Assembly: GCF_047600905.1 (NCBI RefSeq)
Contig: NZ_JASGKD010000001.1
Span: 3,033,949-3,097,948, forward strand
Direction of reading: 5' to 3'
DNA from: Hyphomicrobium sp.
GTDB lineage: Bacteria > Pseudomonadota > Alphaproteobacteria > Rhizobiales > Hyphomicrobiaceae
DNA length: 64,000 nucleotides
This document shows positions 61,264 through 64,000 of the stretch, piece after piece. How positions within the stretch are numbered: position 1 is the first letter of the stretch; the number at the start of each line of letters is the position of its first letter. Made by a program: the position numbers and the translations under genes. The notes under the pieces were generated by a model. The model saw only the letters and a program-made list of their open reading frames with translations, had not been told where the DNA came from and ran no database searches.

Positions 61264-61827
61264 TTAAAACCGGTAGCCGTAGCGCAGACCGATGCGGTCC
61301 ATGCCCTCGTTGTATTTCTGGGTATAGGCATTCGACATGTGCTCGAAATAGACCGAGATGTCGTTGTGTTCGTCGAGGTGGTAGCCGACTTCCATCGGGA
61401 TATGGAAGAGGACGCGCGAACCGAGCCATTTGCGATCCGGGTCAGAGCCCGCGCCGCCGATTTCACCGTTGTGGATGGCAGCGCCGAGGCCCAAGCCGAA
61501 GAACAGGCCAGACGGGCAATCGCCCTGCCAACGGGCGTCGATGTAGCCGTCGCTCGTCTCCCCCCGGGTGTTGATCGAGCCGCCGATGACGGGGCGGATG
61601 GCGCCCCAGGGAAGCGCCCAGGCGGCGTTGAACTGGGCTTCGACGTTGATGTCGACGGCGTTCTTTTCGATCTGGAAGCCGCTCCACAGATCCGGCACGT
61701 CATGGGCCAATGCGCCGATCTTGAGGGCGTAGAGCATGTCCTCGGCGGATGCGCCGGAAGGCGCCATGGCAAGTGCCAAACAGGCTCCAAAGCCGGCCAA
61801 CGCCGCCGCGCGCACGAAACTTGTCAT
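61264..61827 (-). CDS. pagL: Lipid A 3-O-deacylase (PagL-like acyloxyacyl hydrolase), outer-membrane beta-barrel
   Basis: Signal peptide, LGSRVLF, catalytic-type HxS in EHMSNA, NEG, C-terminal YGYRF. Confidence 0.8.
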   Translation of the reverse strand: MTSFVRAAALAGFGACLALAMAPSGASAEDMLYALKIGALAHDVPDLWSGFQIEKNAVDINVEAQFNAAWALPWGAIRPVIGGSINTRGETSDGYIDARWQGDCPSGLFFGLGLGAAIHNGEIGGAGSDPDRKWLGSRVLFHIPMEVGYHLDEHNDISVYFEHMSNAYTQKYNEGMDRIGLRYGYRF

Positions 61828-62321
61828 AACGAAAAGCTGCCCCTCGCCTTGCGGCTCAACGTGTGCGCCGATTTCCGGCCTGTCGCAAGACGTTGGCCTC
61901 TGAATTTCCGGCAGGATTGCGCTCTCGTCACACCGGCCGTTCGGCCTATCGGAAGCGATTTGCGTCTTTCGTCTGCCGGGCCCAGGCACGGGCGAGGCGA
62001 AAGACGCGGCGCTCGTATGTGCGCTCGTCCTCGGTGAGGCAAATGCAACCATAACAATAGCAAGGCCGCTGACGCGCAAAGGCGAGCCGGAAGAGCAATG
62101 GATTGCGGTCGGGTTGCGTCATTGAGATCACTTCGCCTCTAAAACGATGCCCAAAAGACGAGAGCGGAGCATTTTGGGCTTCTTAATGGTCGGATGCGAA
62201 AGATTGTTCCGTCCGAGAGCCACTTGAAGAAATGTTCTGCAGCGACGCAAGTCCCCATGCGGTAGCCTCGGAATGGCGTTCGGAATTGTCATTCTGCTCG
62301 GTTCTCGCCATATAGGCGGCC

Positions 62322-63191
62322 ATGAACACGGCGACGACCCTTCCCTTCCTGAAGATGAACGGCATCGGCAACGAGATCGTTGTTGTCGATTTGCGGAACA
62401 GTGCCAAGACGTTCACGCCGGAAGAGGTGGCAGCCGTGGCGGCGGATCGGAGATCCCGGTTTGACCAGATGATGGTGCTGCACGCGCCGCGGACCAAAGG
62501 CACGGAATCGTACGTGCGAATCTATAATGCCGACGGTTCGGAAGCCGGGGCGTGCGGCAACGGCATGCGCTGCGTCGGCTGGTTTCTGTCGGAAGGTGGG
62601 GTGCGCCGGCGCTTTCTGGTCGAGACGCGCGCCGGCGTGCTCGATACGGTCGTCAGGGACCAGACCTCGATCACGGTCGACATGGGCGAACCGAAGTTCG
62701 GATGGCAGGACATTCCGCTCGCCGAAGAGTTTCGCGACACGCGGGCGATCGAATTACAGGTCGGGCCGATCGACGACCCGGTGTTGCATTCGCCGTCCGT
62801 CGTCAACGTCGGCAATCCGCACGCGATTTTTTGGGTCGATGACGTCGAAGCCTACGATCTCGAACGGTTCGGGCCGCTGCTCGAAAACCATCCAATCTTT
62901 CCTGAACGCGCCAACATCTCGCTGGCGCAGGTGACTTCCGAGTCATCGCTTCTGCTCAGAACATGGGAGCGGGGCGCAGGGCTTACTCTGGCGTGCGGCT
63001 CTGCGGCGTGCGCGGCGGCGGTTTCCGCGGCCCGCAAGAAGCTCACCGGGCGCAAGGTGGACGTGACTTTGCCGGGCGGCGTTCTCGGGATCGAATGGGG
63101 CGCCGACAATCACATCCTGATGACAGGTCCGGTCGCGTTCGAATACGAGGGCGTGATTGATTTTTCGAAACTGACGAAAGTGTCCGTGTAG
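62322..63191 (+). CDS. dapF: Diaminopimelate epimerase
   Basis: [32 protein letters not shown]. Confidence 0.97.
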   Translation: MNTATTLPFLKMNGIGNEIVVVDLRNSAKTFTPEEVAAVAADRRSRFDQMMVLHAPRTKGTESYVRIYNADGSEAGACGNGMRCVGWFLSEGGVRRRFLVETRAGVLDTVVRDQTSITVDMGEPKFGWQDIPLAEEFRDTRAIELQVGPIDDPVLHSPSVVNVGNPHAIFWVDDVEAYDLERFGPLLENHPIFPERANISLAQVTSESSLLLRTWERGAGLTLACGSAACAAAVSAARKKLTGRKVDVTLPGGVLGIEWGADNHILMTGPVAFEYEGVIDFSKLTKVSV

Positions 63192-63245
63192 TTCGCGGCC
63201 CGCGCGCCGATGCGGACGCCAGCCAGAAAGAAGACAACCGCGTTC

Positions 63246-64000
63246 ATGTCCGAACCACAAGTGATCACGCTCGGCTGCCGGCTCAATACATATGAGTCCG
63301 AGGTCATGCGCCGCCACGCGCGTGAGGCCGGGCTCGATGATGCCGTCATCATCAATACGTGCGCGGTGACGGGCGAAGCGGTGCGCCAGGCGGCGCAGAC
63401 CATCCGGCGGCTGAGGCGCGAGAGGCCCAACGCGCGAATCATCGTGACGGGGTGCGCAGCGCAGACGGAACCGGAGCGTTTCGCCGAGATGGCCGAGGTC
63501 GATCACGTCATCGGCAACGCAGAGAAAATGAAGGCGGAAACATTCGCCGGATTGTCGATTGCCGACGGCGAGCGCGTTCAGGTCAACGATATCATGGGCG
63601 TTCGCGAAACCGCGTTGCACATGATCGACGGCTTCGGATCGCGCACGCGTGCTTATGTCCAGATCCAGAACGGTTGCGATCATCGCTGCACGTTCTGCAT
63701 CATTCCGTTCGGGCGCGGACCATCGCGCTCGGTGGCTGCGGGCGAGGTGGTCGCACAAGCGCGGGCGCTGATCGAGAAAGGTTACGCCGAGATCGTGCTG
63801 ACCGGCGTCGATATCACGTCGTATGGACGCGACCTGCCGGGAACAGCGACGCTCGGGAAACTGGTGCGACAAGTGCTGAAGCTCGTTCCTGAGCTCAAGC
63901 GTTTGCGCTTGTCGTCGATCGATCAGGTGGAGGCGGATGAGGATCTGATGATCGCCTTGCGCGACGAGGAACGTCTGATGCCGCATCTGCATTTGTCGTT
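63246..64000 (+). CDS. mtaB: tRNA t6A37 methylthiotransferase (radical SAM), truncated by the window edge
   Basis: TLGCRLN.YESE, NTCAVT, VTGCAAQ, QNGCDHRCTFC (CxxxCxxC); follows dapF. Confidence 0.93.
   Translation, partial: MSEPQVITLGCRLNTYESEVMRRHAREAGLDDAVIINTCAVTGEAVRQAAQTIRRLRRERPNARIIVTGCAAQTEPERFAEMAEVDHVIGNAEKMKAETFAGLSIADGERVQVNDIMGVRETALHMIDGFGSRTRAYVQIQNGCDHRCTFCIIPFGRGPSRSVAAGEVVAQARALIEKGYAEIVLTGVDITSYGRDLPGTATLGKLVRQVLKLVPELKRLRLSSIDQVEADEDLMIALRDEERLMPHLHLS

Overview
A 64-kb, GC-rich stretch of core chromosome from an alphaproteobacterium of the order Hyphomicrobiales. A Hyphomicrobium-like genus is inferred from gene content and order, not proven. The left end carries the conserved origin-proximal block rho-hemJ-hemE <> DUF299 regulator-maf-aroE-coaE-dnaQ, then secB-fxsA and Tim44-mltA-smr, with a candidate oriC in the hemE/DUF299 gap. 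The rest is mostly housekeeping: TesA-like esterase with a YbbA/YbbP-type ABC transporter, acnA, ccmABCD-ccmG, nhaA with a beta-carbonic anhydrase, ethylmalonyl-CoA pathway-type genes (Mcl2-like, mch), sdhCDA-orf-sdhB, ftsK-lolA, glnK-amtB, ffh-rpsP-rimM, dapF and a truncated mtaB. I found no tRNA, rRNA, CRISPR array, transposase, integrase or phage genes. The most notable signals are subtle. (1) Two +T frameshifts (dnaQ, dcp) share the context GAGT(T)CGA, i.e. a CcrM GANTC site. (2) Three intergenic parS-like palindromes are of a variant that embeds GANTC. (3) Two unannotated structured-RNA candidates lie at about 21.0-21.2 kb and 49.34-49.48 kb. (4) A Cu/Zn-SOD-like protein has lost three metal ligands. 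(5) Orphan genes are inserted into conserved operons, including a DUF2130 putative nuclease. I did not find a clear multi-gene novel system; these are leads, not a discovery.
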